Origin: an uncultured Verrucomicrobiae bacterium
GTDB taxonomy: Bacteria; Verrucomicrobiota; Verrucomicrobiia; Limisphaerales; Palsa-1400
Assembly: GCA_963764165.1 (NCBI GenBank)
Contig: CAVXRD010000004.1
Coordinates: forward strand, 640,001-704,000
DNA length: 64,000 nucleotides
Direction: 5' to 3'
In this document: positions 1-10,071 of the stretch, in pieces
Numbering within the stretch: the stretch's first letter is position 1
How the letters are laid out: each line of letters starts with the position of its first letter
Notes under the pieces: generated by a model
What the model saw: the letters and a program-made list of their open reading frames with translations, nothing else
What the model was told of the DNA's origin: nothing
Databases searched by the model: none
Position numbers and translations under genes: made by a program

Positions 1-2021
1 CCGCTGCCGTTGCCCGCCGCCGAGGTGGTTCCGTAAAGAATATTCCCGGAAAGCACCAGCGGCGTCACAGGAGAAGCGCCGTCAAGCCCGCTGAAATTAT
101 GCATCGACAGGAATCCGGTGCCATCGGTATTGACCTTGAACAAAGTCCCGAACCGATAAGCGCCACCTTGTTTTGTTGAACCGTATAGCGTGCTGCCGCC
201 AACGGTCAATTGAGCGGCCGGATAGGAGCCATCGTTGAACGTAAAAGAATGAAGAAGCTGGTAATTGGAGCCATTGGTCGAGACGGCATAAACACCACCC
301 CAAAAGCTAAACTCCGCCGTGCCATATAACATTCCCGCGGAAAATACCGGACCTGCCACCGGTTCACTAATGCTCGAGAAGGAAAAGCTGTAAAGGTTGG
401 AGAAACCGGAGCCGTTGGTCTGGATGGTGAAAACACTCCCCACACCCTGGGAGCCGCCAAATTCCAAAACGCCATACAAAGCGGCGCCGTCGAATGCCAA
501 TCCCGGCGCAAGATAACTCGATCGGTAAAGATTGGTGAAGCCAGCGCCATTGGCGTTGATGCCAAAAATGGTCGATGAGGTCGTGCCATAAATCGCGCCA
601 TTCGCTGCAATCAAGTTGCCGGACGGATGGGAAGCATTCGTCGGAAAATTGAACAATGTCGAAAATCCCGAGCCATCGGTGTTCATGCTAAAGATCGATC
701 CGTCACCGCTGCCGCCGCCGCTGACGGTTGTGCCATAGGCAACGCCATCGGCAAACGCAAGACTGCCCGAGGGGTTGGCGCCGTCGGCGTTAGTAATCGA
801 TGTGGCCACCGAATTGGTAAAAGAATAAAATCCGCTTGGGGAAGGCGAGTAGCCAATCGGCTGCCGATAGACTGCGCCATTGCCGCTGGCGCCCGTGGAG
901 GTCGTCCCATAGAGATAAAAGCCCGAGGCAACGAGTCCAGATTGTGGAATAATTCCCGTGCTGCCGTTCAAGCCTCCCGTGCTCAATCCGCCCCCCGAGA
1001 TCGCACCACTGAAGAAGGCCCCGCCCTCATATGTGCCTCCATTCGGCGTCGTTCCGTAAAAAGTGGAGTTTGTCACGAATAGCTGGGCCTGCGGATAAAA
1101 AGCAGTCGATTCTCCCGAGGATAAGGCATCAAGAATGGCGAAGTTTGAACCGTTCGTGGACAACGAAAAGATGGTGCCGCCATATTTGCTGCCGCCATCT
1201 TGGGCTGTCCCATAAAGCACGTTGTTATACAAAGAAAGAGGAGCCAGCGGATTTTCTCCGACCGCAAAGCTGCACTGAACAAGCGTCTCAAACCCTGTGC
1301 CGTTGGTGCCCATGCTAAAGACGGTTCCATCGCCATTCGTGCCTCCCCACAGCGCGGTGCCATAAAGTGTCGCGCCGGAAACAATGACGGCAGCCATTGG
1401 GTTGGCGCCGTCGGAATTTGTATTTGAGACCAGCGGGCTAAAACTATAGAGGTTTGAAAAGCCTGTTCCATTCGTATTGATCGAAAAAATGGCCCCTGTT
1501 CCGTTGTTCCCGCCAAACTCGGTTGTTCCGTAGAGAACACCGTTGGCGAGGGTCAGGTCCGCCATCGAACAGGCCCCGTCCGTGTTCGTGCCGTTTTGTT
1601 CGGCGCTAAAGCTGTAGAGATTCGTGAATCCGCTCCCGTTGGTTGAGATGGCGAATACCGCGCCATTGCCATTGGCCGCGCCATGCGAGGTCGTTCCATA
1701 GAGCGTGGTTCCTGCCAGCACCAAGCCGGCGGACGGATTAAGGCCATCGGTGGTGTTGGTGAAGTATTTCAACACCGTGAATGAAAGCCCGTTCGACGAC
1801 ACTTTGAAAATCTCCCCGCTCACGTTTCCCGAGCCGCCCTGAAACGCCCCGTAAAAAGTCCCGTCCGGGCCCACCGCCAGCTTCGCGATGCAATTGGTGC
1901 CGTTTCCGTTGGGCAGCGCGCTAAACGTGTGAAGCATGGTGAGGTTGGACTGGCAGTGAGCCGACATTGCGCCAAGCAATAGGCCCGCGAAAAAAAAGGA
2001 AACGATTTTCAGGAATTTCAT
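1..2021 (-). CDS. Secreted tandem-repeat (GloVer/choice-of-anchor-type beta-propeller repeat) protein, 3' end outside window
   Basis: Absent from the ORF track, presumably because there is no stop in the window. Manual translation from ATG 2021 gives MKFLKIVSFFFAGLLLGAMSAHC (signal peptide) then repeated units such as GLVLAGTTLYGTTSHGAANGNGAVFAISTNGSGFTNLYSF. The same frame reads LVLSGNILYGTTSAAGNGS at the window edge. Confidence 0.85.
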   Translation of the reverse strand, partial: MKFLKIVSFFFAGLLLGAMSAHCQSNLTMLHTFSALPNGNGTNCIAKLAVGPDGTFYGAFQGGSGNVSGEIFKVSSNGLSFTVLKYFTNTTDGLNPSAGLVLAGTTLYGTTSHGAANGNGAVFAISTNGSGFTNLYSFSAEQNGTNTDGACSMADLTLANGVLYGTTEFGGNNGTGAIFSINTNGTGFSNLYSFSPLVSNTNSDGANPMAAVIVSGATLYGTALWGGTNGDGTVFSMGTNGTGFETLVQCSFAVGENPLAPLSLYNNVLYGTAQDGGSKYGGTIFSLSTNGSNFAILDALSSGESTAFYPQAQLFVTNSTFYGTTPNGGTYEGGAFFSGAISGGGLSTGGLNGSTGIIPQSGLVASGFYLYGTTSTGASGNGAVYRQPIGYSPSPSGFYSFTNSVATSITNADGANPSGSLAFADGVAYGTTVSGGGSGDGSIFSMNTDGSGFSTLFNFPTNASHPSGNLIAANGAIYGTTSSTIFGINANGAGFTNLYRSSYLAPGLAFDGAALYGVLEFGGSQGVGSVFTIQTNGSGFSNLYSFSFSSISEPVAGPVFSAGMLYGTAEFSFWGGVYAVSTNGSNYQLLHSFTFNDGSYPAAQLTVGGSTLYGSTKQGGAYRFGTLFKVNTDGTGFLSMHNFSGLDGASPVTPLVLSGNILYGTTSAAGNGS

Positions 2022-2481
2022 TGTGCTAGAAGTATGTCAGAATTTTCGAGCGCGACTCTGGGCAAACCTTGCATGAATGTCAAGTTGGAGAGCAGCGTTA
2101 AACGGCCTTTGAGCGCGAGACGGAATTCTTCGTCGGGCCTGAACCTTCCCAACGTGTGGATATTGGATGCGCACAGATGCATTTTTGCCCGTTTGACTGC
2201 CGCAAGCCCGGAAACCTTTGAAAAATTTTGTGATGGCGAAGGAATAAACAGAAAACGAGGCCTTTCCCCTTGTGAAGAAAAAGCACCAAAGCGCGATGCA
2301 CACCATCAATGCCAGGTATCCAACATCCACCCACGTAAACGCATAGCCTAAAATCAAAAGTCACCCACCTCCTAAGTTGAGAACTTGTCGGATGCAATCG
2401 GGAATTGGAATGGGAATTCCGGCGCACACCCATGTGCATTCGCTCGCACAGGAGCGCGCTTCGATCAATCACCGCCTGTAA

Positions 2482-3450
2482 GCCGGAATGATTCAGTTGG
2501 ATTGGATAGGGGTAGGGAGAGCGGTTGCCCGCTCCCCTCCCTCCAAACCGGACGGGCGGATTTCCCGCATCCGGCTTTCCAGTCGGTGGTCTCGGTGCCG
2601 AGGTCGGCGCGCGAGGACTCAGGCTGAGGCTTAGGAGATCAACCCAAGTCGCGCTTTGGAGGCACAGATCTTCTGCCTCCATAAATTCCTCTTGCGAGGT
2701 TTTCCGACATGCACTTGTTCCACTCCTCTGCTGTGTTACTCTGCCTTGCTTAGCCAGGGGCACTCGCGGCAGTTTGTTTTGCAGTGGCGTTTCCCTCATG
2801 CTTCCACCTTCCTGTCCTCCTTAGCTTCACAGTCATTACTCGTTTCATCGCTACTATGAGGACTCTGATTCCTGTCCTGCTCCTTCCAGCACCAGCACAG
2901 GCATCCTTGATTCATGAACCTGCGTTTCCAGACATTCCGTCTCCAACCACCCCATGCGCCTCCGCTCCGGCTATGCTTTGTGCTCCGGGCGGGCTTCGCC
3001 ACCGCTTCACCTTTCAGTCTGTCGGCGATCATTCGGACTTCGTTCATTGCTAGCAGTCTCATCAGTCGCATCAGGCCGCATCGAGTTTGTGTCGCGGGCC
3101 GTTGTGGCCCGTCAGTTCTACGGACTGTCCTTTCGCTTCCAGTTGCTCTCCACGCCCTGTCGCCAGAACGCAGTTACTTTCAACTCGTGGCGGGAAGCAC
3201 CGCCACAGAGGGACTTCCACCCTCCTATGCACGCTCATTCTCAAGCGCACGAGCGCGACCGTCCCGGTCACTCTGGCTGGCCCACGCGAAAGCGTCTTCC
3301 CAATAATTTGTTCTGATCTCTCGCCAGCCAGCCTTGCGCCACCATCACCATTTGGTGAAGAATCGGACACAGCATGGGTTTTCGGCGGGACGCCGAAAAT
3401 AGCGGTCGAGACGACCGCGCTCCCCCCGAAGCAAACTGAATCGATTTGGC
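2482..3450. mobile_element. MITE/REPIN-like element (~224 bp without the intron) with terminal inverted repeats and two inverted REP arms, interrupted by a group II intron
   Basis: Left end GCCGGAATGATTCAGTTGG (2482) and right end AACTGAATCGATTTGGC (3450) are imperfect inverted repeats, flanked by TAA on both sides (2479-81, 3451-53). Right arm TTCGGCGGGACGCCGAA..GCGGTCGAGACGACCGCGCTCCC at 3381-3424. Homologous uninterrupted copy at 27074-27263. Confidence 0.75.
2506..3250 (-). mobile_element. Group II intron (IIB-like), 745 nt, ORF-less or internally deleted
   Basis: Minus strand starts GTGCG at 3250. Domain V AAGCCGGATGCGGGAAATCCGCCCGTCCGGTTT (2577-2545, AGC triad). Domain VI GGGGAGCGGGCAACCGCTCTCCCTACCCCTAT ends in AY at 2506. 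No RT motifs (YADD) and too short to encode an IEP. Confidence 0.9.
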
Positions 3451-3480
3451 TAAGCTTCTATGCCGACGGCATTGCGGACG

Positions 3481-6417
3481 CTACACCAGATCCGCGAGCG
3501 AGGCTCTGAATTGGTCGCGTTTGGCCTGCCAATCGGCAAGACGCTGGCGGTGTTCGGCGAGCACGTCGGGCGGGGCTTTACCTGAGAAATTTGGGTTGGC
3601 CAGCTTGGCTTCGACTTTTTGAATCTCCAACTCGACCTTTTGCAGTTCTTTGGTGAGGCGCTCTTTTTCCGCGCTGCGGTCCAATCCGGCGAGCGGCATA
3701 TACAGCTTCCCGCCGAACCCCGGGTGCAACACCGGTTCGCCCTTGGCGGGCTCGTAACTGGTGCGATGCTCGATGCCTTCCGCGCCTGTCAACACTTGGA
3801 TGACCCGCTTCTCCTCGGCGTCGATGTCGTTGGGGGCGCTGTAGACCAGATTCAATTTCTTATTGGCGGGAATTTTGTATTGCGCGCGCAGGTTGCGAAT
3901 TTCGACCACCAGCTTTTGGCGGGCTTCGATCAATTCCAGCGCCTCCTCGAAGAGACCGTAGTGGGTCTTGAAATCGTCGTCCAGCGGCTTCGGCCACGGG
4001 GCGAACATGATGGTCTTGCCCCCTTGATCGGGCGGCATGTCGCTGGCGTAACCCATGCCATTCCACAATTCCTCCGTGATGAAAGGAAGAAATGGATGGA
4101 ACAGCCGCAGCGTGTGCGACAACACGAAATCCATCACCGCGACGGTGTTGGCGCGGCGCGCGGCGTCGGTGCCTTGCAAAGCTGCTTTCGAGGATTCGAT
4201 ATACCAATCGCAGTATTCGCTCCAGAAGAAGCGGTAGAGCGTCGCGGCGGCATCGCTGAATTTATAATCGCCAATCGCCGCGTCCATTTCACGCATGGCG
4301 GCATCGAGCTTCAGCAAAATCCAGCGGTCATCGAGCGTCAGCAATTTGGGATCGATCTCGCCCTGGACTTCGCCTTCCTGCATTTGGCGGAAGCGGCAGG
4401 CGTTCCAAAGTTTGTTGCAGAAATTGCGGCCCAATTCCACCTGCTGTTCGTCAAACAAAACGTCCTGGCCCAACGGTGCGGAACGCATCACGCCAAAGCG
4501 CAGCGCATCCGCCCCGAATTTCGCGATAAGATCAAGCGGGTCTGGCGAATTGCCGAGGCTCTTGGACATTTTGCGCCCCTGTTTGTCGCGGATGATGCCT
4601 GTAAAATAAACATTCTTGAACGGCATCTCGCCCATGAATTCGTAACCCGCCATGATCATGCGCGCTACCCAGAAGAAAATAATATCCGGCCCAGTGACGA
4701 GATCGGTGGTGGGATAGAATTTGGCCAGCGTTTCGGTTTTCTCCGGCCAGCCCATCGTGGCAAAAGGCCAGAGCCAGGAACTGAACCAGGTGTCGAGGAC
4801 ATCGGGATCGCGCTGCATTTTAAAGGCATCGCTTTCCAACAATGCGGCCTGTTCGTCGCTGTAGTTCCCACATACCACTACATCGAATTTTTGACTGCTC
4901 GAAGTCTCGCACAAACTACTGCATTGGCCATAATCAAATCCGGCTCCATCTTCAAGCCCCACGAGTCTTATGTCCTCTGTTGGGTAATCCAGAGAAAGAA
5001 GATTTGCCAGATCCACCGCCTCTTTCGCATTTTCCTCGGTGGATCGCCATACTGGAATCCGATGCCCCCACCAAAGCTGGCGGCTGATGCACCAATCTTT
5101 GATGCCTTCCATCCAGTGGTCATAGACTTTCGCCCACCGCTGCGGATGAAACTGCATTTTTCCCGGGAGCGCGGACGTCCCGCCGAACGGAATCCCCCGC
5201 GACGAAGAAGCATCCGGCGGGACGCCGGATGCGGCGACCGGGACGGTCGCGCTCCCCTCTTGCGCTACACAGACGCGGGATTTCTCCACGCTCGGATACT
5301 TCAGGAACCATTGTTCGCTCAGGCGTGGTTCAATTGGGACATCAGCCCGCTCGCTGTAACCCACCTTGTTCGTGTAAGGTTCTTCCTTCGCGAGCGCGCC
5401 AAGTTCCTTCAATTTCTCCACCGCAAGTTTGCGCGCTTCGAAGCGATCCAACCCGCGCAAATCCGCCCCTGCGGCTTCGCTCATTTTTCCATTCGCCGCA
5501 ATTACTTCGATTTGCGGTAAATTGTGTCGGACGCCGATCTCGAAATCCGCCTTGTCATGCGCGGGAGTCACTTTCAAAACGCCGGTGCCGAATTCAAAAT
5601 CCACATGCTCATCGCCCACGATGGGGATTAGCTTTTGTTCGCGCGGCAATTCCTGCGGCAGCGGACGCAGCACATGCTTGCCGATGTAGGGAGTGTAACG
5701 CGGATCTTTCGGATTGACTGCCACCGCGGCATCACCGGGAATCGTCTCGGGCCGTGTCGTGGCGATCGTCAAAAACGTTCCCGGCTCCTCGGAGATCTCC
5801 ACCTTGAAATAATAAAGGAAACCCTTTTGCTCCTTCATGATCACTTCTTCGTCGGATAACGCGGTAAGTGAGGCGGGGCACCAATTCACCATGCGCTTCC
5901 CGCGATAGATGAGACCCTTCTTGTAAAGCTCGACGAAAACTTTTTGCACGCAGCGCGAATAATCCGCGTCCATCGTGAAACGCTCGCGCGTCCAATCGCA
6001 CGAGGCGCCCAGCTTTTTCAATTGCTGGATGATGATGCCGCCGTGCTTTTCCTTCCATTCCCAGACGCGCTCGAGAAATTTCTCGCGGCCCAAATCATCG
6101 CGGTGCTTGATCTCGCCGGATTTTTTCAACGTGCGCTCCACCACGGTTTGCGTCGCGATGCCCGCGTGATCGGTGCCGGGGAGCCACAGGACTTCCTTGC
6201 CGTCCATCCGCGCCTTTCGGGCGAGAATATCTTGAATGGTGTTATTGAGAACGTGCCCCAACGTCAGAACACCCGTGACGTTCGGCGGCGGGATGACGAT
6301 GGAATACGCCGGCTTCTTCGAGTGCGGATCGGCGGTGAAACATTTCTGATCGAGCCAATACTGGTACCATTTTTCCTCGACCGAATGCGGTTCGTAGGCT
6401 TTGGAAATTTCCGGCAT
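3481..6417 (-). CDS. valS: Valine--tRNA ligase, with two insertions
   Basis: PPPNVTG, HVLN (HIGH-like), GTDHAGIATQ, TTRPET, DWCISRQLWWGHRIP, DVLDTWFSS, KMSKS and the C-terminal coiled coil. Confidence 0.98.
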   Translation of the reverse strand: MPEISKAYEPHSVEEKWYQYWLDQKCFTADPHSKKPAYSIVIPPPNVTGVLTLGHVLNNTIQDILARKARMDGKEVLWLPGTDHAGIATQTVVERTLKKSGEIKHRDDLGREKFLERVWEWKEKHGGIIIQQLKKLGASCDWTRERFTMDADYSRCVQKVFVELYKKGLIYRGKRMVNWCPASLTALSDEEVIMKEQKGFLYYFKVEISEEPGTFLTIATTRPETIPGDAAVAVNPKDPRYTPYIGKHVLRPLPQELPREQKLIPIVGDEHVDFEFGTGVLKVTPAHDKADFEIGVRHNLPQIEVIAANGKMSEAAGADLRGLDRFEARKLAVEKLKELGALAKEEPYTNKVGYSERADVPIEPRLSEQWFLKYPSVEKSRVCVAQEGSATVPVAASGVPPDASSSRGIPFGGTSALPGKMQFHPQRWAKVYDHWMEGIKDWCISRQLWWGHRIPVWRSTEENAKEAVDLANLLSLDYPTEDIRLVGLEDGAGFDYGQCSSLCETSSSQKFDVVVCGNYSDEQAALLESDAFKMQRDPDVLDTWFSSWLWPFATMGWPEKTETLAKFYPTTDLVTGPDIIFFWVARMIMAGYEFMGEMPFKNVYFTGIIRDKQGRKMSKSLGNSPDPLDLIAKFGADALRFGVMRSAPLGQDVLFDEQQVELGRNFCNKLWNACRFRQMQEGEVQGEIDPKLLTLDDRWILLKLDAAMREMDAAIGDYKFSDAAATLYRFFWSEYCDWYIESSKAALQGTDAARRANTVAVMDFVLSHTLRLFHPFLPFITEELWNGMGYASDMPPDQGGKTIMFAPWPKPLDDDFKTHYGLFEEALELIEARQKLVVEIRNLRAQYKIPANKKLNLVYSAPNDIDAEEKRVIQVLTGAEGIEHRTSYEPAKGEPVLHPGFGGKLYMPLAGLDRSAEKERLTKELQKVELEIQKVEAKLANPNFSGKAPPDVLAEHRQRLADWQAKRDQFRASLADLV
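5164..5256. repeat. REP-family palindromic element inserted in frame within valS
   Basis: GGGAGCGC...GCGCTCCC termini. Hairpins GCATCCGGCG-GGA-CGCCGGATGC (5210-5232) and GCGACCG-GGA-CGGTCGC (5234-5250). Same family as the arms at 3251-3270, 3381-3424, 27101-27140 and 27197-27240. Confidence 0.85.
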
Positions 6418-6445
6418 AAACTTGAATTGCGAGAAAAAGAATGTC

Positions 6446-8011
6446 TTACCGGCTCTTTTTCAGAAGCCGGTATTCGAGCGAATCCACCAGCGCCTGGAGG
6501 CTGGCCTCGATGATGTTGTCGCTGACGCCGACGGTGCCCCATTCCTCGCGGCCGTCGGTGGATTCGATGAGCACGCGCGTGCGGGCGGCGGTGCCTGCGC
6601 CGGAGTCAAGTATGCGGACTTTGTAATCCGTCAGGCGGATTGATTTCACTTCGGGATAAAAACTGGCCAGCGCGCCGCGCAACGCCGAGTCAAGCGCGTT
6701 GACCGGGCCGTCGCCCTCCGCGACGGTATGGGCCGTCCTGCCCGAGACCTGCACTTTGATCGTCGCTTCGCAGACGCGGACCTTGCCCGTCGAGCGCATT
6801 GAGACGTGATACGATTGCACTTCCAGAGGCAGCGCTTCCTGCCGCAGCACGCGGCGGATCAGCACCGCCAGAGAACCGCCCGCCGCCTCAAACTCGTATC
6901 CTTCGTGCTCCAGCGTTTTCACGCGGGCTAGGATTTCGCGCAATTCAGGAGCGTCGTTCGAGAGCTTGATGCCGAGATCGCGCGCCTTCATCACGATATT
7001 GCTGCGGCCTGCGAGATCGCTGATGAGCACGTTGCGAGAATTGCCGACAACCGACGGATCGACGTGCTCGTAGCTGCGAAAAATCTTTTGCACCGCGTTC
7101 ACGTGCGTGCCGCCCTTGTGCGAAAACGCGGCGGAACCCACCCACGGCTGGCGCGGGTTGTGGCGGATGTTGGCAATCTCGTCGACGAATTGCGAAAGTT
7201 CCTTCAACAGCGGCAGCGATTCCACCGGAACACAGGTTTTCCCCAGCTTCAGCGCGACATTCGGAATCACGCTAGTGAGGTTGCAATTCCCGGTGCGTTC
7301 GCCGTAACCATTGATCGTCCCCTGCACGTGCGAAGCGCCGGCTTCCAGCGAAGCGAGCGCGTTTGCCAGCGCGAGGCCAGCATCGTCGTGCGTGTGAATG
7401 CCGATGCGCCCGCGCAATTTGCCGCGAGCCGATTCCGTGATGCGCGCCACTTCGCCCGGCAGCGAACCGCCGTTGGTATCGCACAACACGATGGCATCGG
7501 CGCCCGCACTTTCAGCGGCCTGCCAGGTGGCCAGCGCGTATTCGGCGTTGTCCTTGAAACCGTCGATGGCGTGCTCGGCGTCGTAGATCACAGTCTTGCC
7601 GTGATCTTTCAGAAAGCGAACCGTATCGGCAATCATGGCCAGATTCTCATCCGGGCTGGTGCGCAACACTTTTTTGACGTGCAACAGCCACGTCTTCCCG
7701 TAAATGGTGACCACAGGCGTTTCCGCTCCGAGCAGCAAACGCACCTGGTCGTCCTCCGCGACGTCAATATCCTTGCGGCGGGTGGAGCCGAAAGCCGCGA
7801 GTTTGGCCTTCTTGAATTTCTTGCGCTTGGCCTCGTTGAAAAATTCGATGTCCTTGGGATTGGAGCCCGGCCAGCCGCCTTCGATGTAATGAACGCCGAA
7901 AGCATCGAGTTTTTCGGCAATTCGCAACTTATCCATCACGGAAAAGTTGATGCCTTCACCCTGGCTGCCATCGCGCAGGGTGGTATCGTAAATCTCGACT
8001 TGCGGTTTCAT
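6446..8011 (-). CDS. cimA: Citramalate synthase (LeuA/CimA family)
   Basis: YDTTLRDGSQGEG, EGGWPGSNPKD, HTHDD, GERTGN, HKGGTH and GDGPVNALD allosteric domain. Start placed at ATG 8011, with GGAG upstream. Confidence 0.92.
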   Translation of the reverse strand: MKPQVEIYDTTLRDGSQGEGINFSVMDKLRIAEKLDAFGVHYIEGGWPGSNPKDIEFFNEAKRKKFKKAKLAAFGSTRRKDIDVAEDDQVRLLLGAETPVVTIYGKTWLLHVKKVLRTSPDENLAMIADTVRFLKDHGKTVIYDAEHAIDGFKDNAEYALATWQAAESAGADAIVLCDTNGGSLPGEVARITESARGKLRGRIGIHTHDDAGLALANALASLEAGASHVQGTINGYGERTGNCNLTSVIPNVALKLGKTCVPVESLPLLKELSQFVDEIANIRHNPRQPWVGSAAFSHKGGTHVNAVQKIFRSYEHVDPSVVGNSRNVLISDLAGRSNIVMKARDLGIKLSNDAPELREILARVKTLEHEGYEFEAAGGSLAVLIRRVLRQEALPLEVQSYHVSMRSTGKVRVCEATIKVQVSGRTAHTVAEGDGPVNALDSALRGALASFYPEVKSIRLTDYKVRILDSGAGTAARTRVLIESTDGREEWGTVGVSDNIIEASLQALVDSLEYRLLKKSR

Positions 8012-8098
8012 ATAAACTCCGCCAAAGCGGGCTAAAGTAAATACGACACCGGGGGGCAATTTGCAAAACATTACGGGCGGGGAATGGGAAGATGGATG

Positions 8099-8178
8099 AA
8101 TCAGGAACGCCCGAACTCAGGAAAAAAGGTCGCGGAATAATCCCAATTCTCTTTTCCTGAGTTCGGGCGTTCCTGATT
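8099..8178. repeat. Perfect 27-bp inverted repeat (REP-like, second family)
   Basis: AATCAGGAACGCCCGAACTCAGGAAAA (8099-8125) and its exact reverse complement (8152-8178). Confidence 0.9.
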
Positions 8179-8208
8179 TAAAACCTTCTTTGTTTTCAAG
8201 AAAAACCC

Positions 8209-8509
8209 TCATCCCTTGCGCTTGCCATCGTGAAATCCTTCGAGAATGTGGGCGTCGCGTTGAGCCTGTCCGGCGTTTAGGATTTTCTGAACGGTTTCTT
8301 CACTCAACGTCTGGTCCCCGACGGTTGAAAACACAAGAGCTTTGCCTTTGCGCACAAAACCCGAGGCCTCTTTGTTCGGGGTTAGCTTGACACGTCCCCC
8401 ATCGATCGAAATCTTGAAGTGTCGCCAGCTTTATTGCCAGTTCTTGGCGAATTTCCTTCGGAAGCACGATCCGGCCCGCTCGATCCATTGGCACACTTTT
8501 CGGTTTCAT
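8209..8509 (-). pseudogene. AbrB/MazE/SpoVT-family (VapB-type) antitoxin, frameshifted
   Basis: MKPKSVPMDRAGRIVLPKEIRQELAIK, then after a frameshift near 8415-8430 another frame continues KISIDGGRVKLTPNKEASGFVRKGKALVFST...GKRKG* (TGA 8209-8211). Confidence 0.75.
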
Positions 8510-8593
8510 ACCATTTAAGAACACCATTGCCATTTTACATAGCAATTGAAATTTGAACCTGCTTCGTGTCTTGTGTGTCTGTCCTTCGCATAA

Positions 8594-9929
8594 ATGCGGA
8601 TCGCTGTCCAATATATTTCGAATCGACGGAAGATTGCCGCATTCCTTCTCCTCTTAGCGACTGTTGGCGGCGCCGTATACTTATTAAACGAAAGCGGGAT
8701 TCCAGGCGCTTTGGAATTGCCGATGCCGCTCGGCAGCAATGGCAGCTTTTCGGTTTATCCCGGAAAAGGCGGCGCAGTTTTTGTCATGCCGGACGGCTCG
8801 CTCTGGCATTGGGGCATGGATGTTGTTAATTCAAAGCGCAAACCGGAACTGGTCGACAAAACCCACCATTGGGTGGACGCCTTTCCGGTCGACAATCATT
8901 GGGTCGTGCGTGATGACAAAATCGGGTTGTGGGATGAGTCCCAAGCCACGCTGTCACTACGCACGGCGCTGACGCCAGAACATCATTGGCTCACGTTTGG
9001 CGTTCGAAGGCCAAAGCGTGTTCGGGTTGGATGCGGACCGGACTCTCTGGACTTGGCACACACTTTCCAACACGACGCTTAAAGGGATGTCGCTTGCGCT
9101 GATCGACCAGACGCAGCCATGGCAATGGCGCAGCTTCTCCTGGCTCGATTCCCGAGGACTCGCCGTATCCGTGAACGGCCGGCTTTGGGGATTTAATTTT
9201 CTTAACAATCAGAAATTCGTGCTGGCAAATGAGCTTCTGCCAGAAGGCACGAACTGGATGGGAGTTGCGGGCGGAAGTTTTGCCTGGACCAAAACAGGCG
9301 AATTGGCTGGAGCGATGATCGACAGGCTGTATTCGACCAACGTCACGGCGGCAGGACGCTTCGCTCTCGGGCAAATGATTCATGAGATTCGGCCGGATGG
9401 CACGCTTTGGCGAATTGGGGAACCTCAGATGCCCAAGCACCGAATTTACATTTGGAACGGTCCTTCGTTTGCTCCCTTCAAAGCAATGGCAGTTGAGCCA
9501 TCAGCAGGACCCCAATGGGTCTCTTATTTTTCGAGTCTTAGCAACAAAGTGCCCGCCAGGCTTGCGGCCTCGGCCAAGATTTACGCCTACCGTGTTCCCA
9601 CAAACATTGACACATATTCAAAAACCAAGTGGCGGCAAGTTGGGCAAAGAACGGATTGGGTTTCAGTGTGGGCTTCGGATGAAAGCTATTTCGGATTGAC
9701 TGCGAATGGCACCGTTTGGGTCTGGGGAACCGACTGGGGCCAAAAACCGCGAGTCTCTTCACGCGCGCAGGCTCAACACCTATGGCTGACAATCAAATCG
9801 AAGTTTGCAAAGCCACCGCCTCCCAAACTTCTTTTCGCCAACGTCGTCCCGGCATTGGAATATGCTCTCGTTTACCAGGAAGAGCCGCGCCCGCTCATGC
9901 GCTTCGCCAAACAGGCGCAAATAAAATAG
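8594..9929 (+). pseudogene. RCC1-like repeat membrane-anchored protein, split by a frameshift near 8995
   Basis: ORFs 8594-9082 and 8997-9929 overlap in different frames. Both carry RCC1-type DGSLWHWG, DRTLWTW, DGTLWRIG and NGTVWVWG motifs. There is an N-terminal TM helix. Confidence 0.6.
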
Positions 9930-9932
9930 TTC

Positions 9933-10016
9933 AATCTGGAACTGCCGAAGTCAGAAAAAGACAATGAGCGCATTAACTCCCAGCGCCCCTGTTCCTGAGT
10001 TCGGTCGTTCCAGATT
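9933..10016. repeat. Degenerate second copy of the 8099-8178 palindrome
   Basis: AATCTGGAACTGCCGAAGTCAGAAAA ... TTCCTGAGTTCGGTCGTTCCAGATT. Confidence 0.8.
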
Positions 10017-10071
10017 CAGATCCGCCTTTCTTCCGCTTGCGCCCGCGCTGGAAATCGGCAATCTTTTTCCC

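Noticed and set aside
627..1747. Short ORFs listed in the first 2 kb
   Set aside because: All are off-frame or antisense to the single repeat-protein gene starting at 2021.
2037..2357. 106-aa ORF with a hydrophobic N-terminus and upstream AGGAGG
   Set aside because: TTG start and no recognisable family. It could be a small membrane protein, but I cannot support the call.
2098..2799. 233-aa ORF overlapping the intron, as a possible intron-encoded RT
   Set aside because: No RT motifs. It reads through domains V/VI and the exon, so it is at most fused remnants.
3619..5520. 633-aa plus-strand ORF
   Set aside because: Antisense shadow of valS, typical of high-GC codon bias.
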